Source of the DNA: a virus
Taxonomy: Duplodnaviria; Heunggongvirae; Uroviricota; Caudoviricetes
IMG/VR virus record: IMGVR_UViG_2547132273_000014
Coordinates: 1 to 6,592 of that record
DNA length: 6,592 nucleotides
Strand: one strand, 5' to 3'
This document shows, piece after piece, positions 5,196-6,592 of the stretch. The position numbers were made by a program, and so were the translations under genes. The notes under the pieces were generated by a model. The model did not search any database. It saw nothing but the letters and a program-made list of their open reading frames with translations, and was not told the DNA's origin. Position 1 is the first letter of the stretch; every line of letters begins with the position of its first letter.

Positions 5196-5437
5196 GCTGT
5201 CTGCTCTCCGGTTTTAACGTTGATGGTTGTCACCTGTTCCGCTTCGGCAATCTCCCGTTCTGTCAGCGTGGCAAAGTTTGCAGCTGCCGTTGTCATGAAT
5301 GAGCTAATCAGTTCGGGATGTGCTTTCGCATATCCTTCCCCGGCGTTGCGGTCGATGATTTTTATCGACACCCTTAACCAGTGTTCCGTCAAATCAAGGG
5401 CGTGCGATTGTGATTTTTTTGTGTGCTTCGCTGTCAT
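5192..5437 (-). CDS. Hypothetical 81-aa protein, translationally coupled to the SSB-like gene
   Basis: ORF MTAKHTKKSQSHALDLTEHWLRVSIKIID... lies between the iteron array and the SSB-like gene in the same orientation, with a 4-bp ATGA stop/start overlap. I recognise no family and the RBS is weak. Confidence 0.45.
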   Translation of the reverse strand: MTAKHTKKSQSHALDLTEHWLRVSIKIIDRNAGEGYAKAHPELISSFMTTAAANFATLTEREIAEAEQVTTINVKTGEQTA

Positions 5438-5482
5438 AGGCTTTATCTCACAGCAGTAAATTAAAATTTTTGCGTTTTAACC

Positions 5483-5712
5483 CTTCACCTGTTCACCTTT
5501 TGATATTTTATCTTTTAATTCATAATGTTAAGGGGTGAACAGTTTCACAAAAACTATTCACCAACTGTTCACCACTGTTCACCCTTGAAGCTCAATAAAC
5601 AATCAAAAAGGTGAACAGTGAATAGTTTGGTGAACAGTTCATAAATAACTGTTCACCCTATAACATACTGATACAAAAGATATTTATGACAGGGTGAACA
5701 GTGGTGAACAGT
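5483..5712. repeat. Iteron array: at least 9 perfect copies of TGTTCACC / GGTGAACA (10-bp unit ACTGTTCACC) in both orientations; P4 ori/crr-like primase-binding repeats
   Basis: Forward TGTTCACC at 5490, 5566, 5576 and 5650. Reverse GGTGAACA at 5534, 5610, 5629, 5693 and 5703. Degenerate copies at 5483-5489, 5555-5562 and 5618-5625. Interspersed A/T-rich tracts (5461-5480, 5498-5530). The array sits directly after the stop of the primase/helicase gene. Confidence 0.8.
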
Positions 5713-5724
5713 TATTCCATAAGT

Positions 5725-6592
5725 TTAATTTTTGCTATCGTCATTAGTGACCGATACACATGATGGCATCCAGTCTTCTGATTCCTCCGTCAGTGTCACG
5801 TTTGAACGCAAACCGTGCTTCGTTTTCCGTTTCATATACTCCCTGCCATATTCCGCCATTGCCCCCGGCATATCTTTACCGAAGCGCGTCAGTGTTACAG
5901 GTTTACCAAACCCATGTGCCCTCATATAAGCCAGATAGGCATGATAGAGATACCTGCGTGGGCTGAATGGCACAATTTCAGCATTACCCACTAACAGGCC
6001 ATCACACATTACCGACGCCATGAGATAGCCGCAGAAGTCCACCAGCGAATCCCCCTCTCGCTTTATCGCCAGTGCTTCTTCAGATTTCTGCTGCTCATAT
6101 AACAGGCGTCTGGCTTCGTCCTGGTCAGCAAACCGTGTAAGCAGATGGCGAATCACTACCGCCAACTCACCTTCTATTTTTTCCGCCAGCATTGGATCGC
6201 GTTCGTTCTCCGGTACAACTTCCGAAAAATTGAATATCACCCGACGACGTGAGATCCCCCCGCTGCGGTCACTGAATGACATGGCGTTATTGTTAACCGC
6301 CAGCACTACTGCCGGAATACGCGTTGAGTAGGGGGCTTTGTGTTTCGGGTCAATTGCCACCTTGTCACCGCCTGTAATGGCCTTAATTCCTGCCCCATCA
6401 CCAGCGTAGCGGGTCATATCCGGCATGATAATCAGCGAAAAGCCAACCACTAACGCGCGTTCCCTTGCATCTTCCAGCGCCTTCATGCTTGCCGATACTG
6501 TGTTGGCCTTACCCGCCAGCATGGTGCAAATCTCCGCCATCACGCTTTTACCACTTCCCCCTGGACCTGTTACCTCAATGAATAACTGCCAG
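5725..6592 (-). CDS. P4-alpha-like primase/helicase, C-terminal helicase portion (5'-partial; continues beyond window end)
   Basis: The open frame runs to the window edge. Its translation contains the Walker A motif in ...WQLFIEVTGPGGSGKSVMAEICTMLAG... and downstream helicase-like motifs (LIIMPDMTRYAGD). It is immediately followed by the TGTTCACC iterons that are the recognition repeats of P4 alpha. The ORF-track start at 6543 is an internal GTG. Confidence 0.8.
   Translation of the reverse strand, partial: WQLFIEVTGPGGSGKSVMAEICTMLAGKANTVSASMKALEDARERALVVGFSLIIMPDMTRYAGDGAGIKAITGGDKVAIDPKHKAPYSTRIPAVVLAVNNNAMSFSDRSGGISRRRVIFNFSEVVPENERDPMLAEKIEGELAVVIRHLLTRFADQDEARRLLYEQQKSEEALAIKREGDSLVDFCGYLMASVMCDGLLVGNAEIVPFSPRRYLYHAYLAYMRAHGFGKPVTLTRFGKDMPGAMAEYGREYMKRKTKHGLRSNVTLTEESEDWMPSCVSVTNDDSKN

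Larger units (their letters stand above)
942..6592 (-). mobile_element. tRNA-adjacent phage-satellite-like island (partial; continues beyond window end) with P4-type replication genes and lambda-type cos/TerS/capsid genes
   Basis: All genes after the tRNA are on the minus strand, tightly packed with overlapping or closely spaced stops and starts, and have phage or satellite homology (primase/helicase, iterons, SSB, gpE-like, gpD-like, HTH protein, cos, Nu1-like). The integrase and the far att repeat are not in the window. Confidence 0.7.

Noticed and set aside
4637-5302. Plus-strand ORFs (4637-4846, 4686-5051, 4867-5175, 5009-5302) overlapping the SSB-like and 81-aa genes
   Set aside because: Antisense to the minus-strand genes, with no RBS and Cys/Leu-rich low-complexity products.
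5483-5712. Possibility that the short-repeat array is a CRISPR array
   Set aside because: The repeats are only 8-10 bp, occur in both orientations with irregular spacing, and there are no uniform spacers. The sequence is the known P4 alpha-binding iteron, so this is an origin or crr-type array.
942-6592. Interpretation as a decayed lambdoid prophage remnant
   Set aside because: The gene order (E, D, HTH, cos, Nu1) is not a deletion derivative of the lambda order (cos, Nu1, A, W, B, C, Nu3, D, E), the genes are intact and tightly coupled, and they are joined to a P4-type primase and iteron module; an organised satellite is the more parsimonious reading, though flanking sequence is needed to be sure.

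Overview
This window is from an Escherichia/Shigella-type chromosome. It holds the 3' end of rpoD (1-156), a convergent mug gene (235-741, minus strand) and a tRNA with a CAU anticodon in the ileX position (866-941). Directly after the tRNA, and running to the window edge, is a compact island encoded entirely on the minus strand with a mosaic phage-satellite architecture. In transcription order it contains: the C-terminal part of a P4-alpha-like primase/helicase (5725-6592, truncated by the window); an array of ACTGTTCACC iterons (5483-5712); an 81-aa ORF translationally coupled to an SSB-like protein; a lambda-gpE-like major capsid gene followed by a lambda-gpD-like decoration gene; a 127-aa protein with an AlpA/Vis-type HTH; a cos site whose cosQ-cosN core is nearly identical to phage lambda while the cosB region is unrelated; a Nu1-like small terminase; and a 126-aa ORF of unknown function. 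No large terminase, portal, protease, scaffold, tail, lysis or integrase gene is present in the window. Between the tRNA and the packaging genes lie about 500 bp of non-coding DNA dense in palindromes, including three 17-bp operator-like sites at an exact 27-bp period. My interpretation is a helper-dependent satellite (PICI/P4-like) that replicates with a P4-type module but is packaged through lambdoid cos machinery using its own small terminase and capsid shell proteins. All homology calls come from reading the translations against remembered protein sequences, not from searches, and I cannot decide from sequence alone whether this exact element family is already described. No known defence system was recognised in the window.
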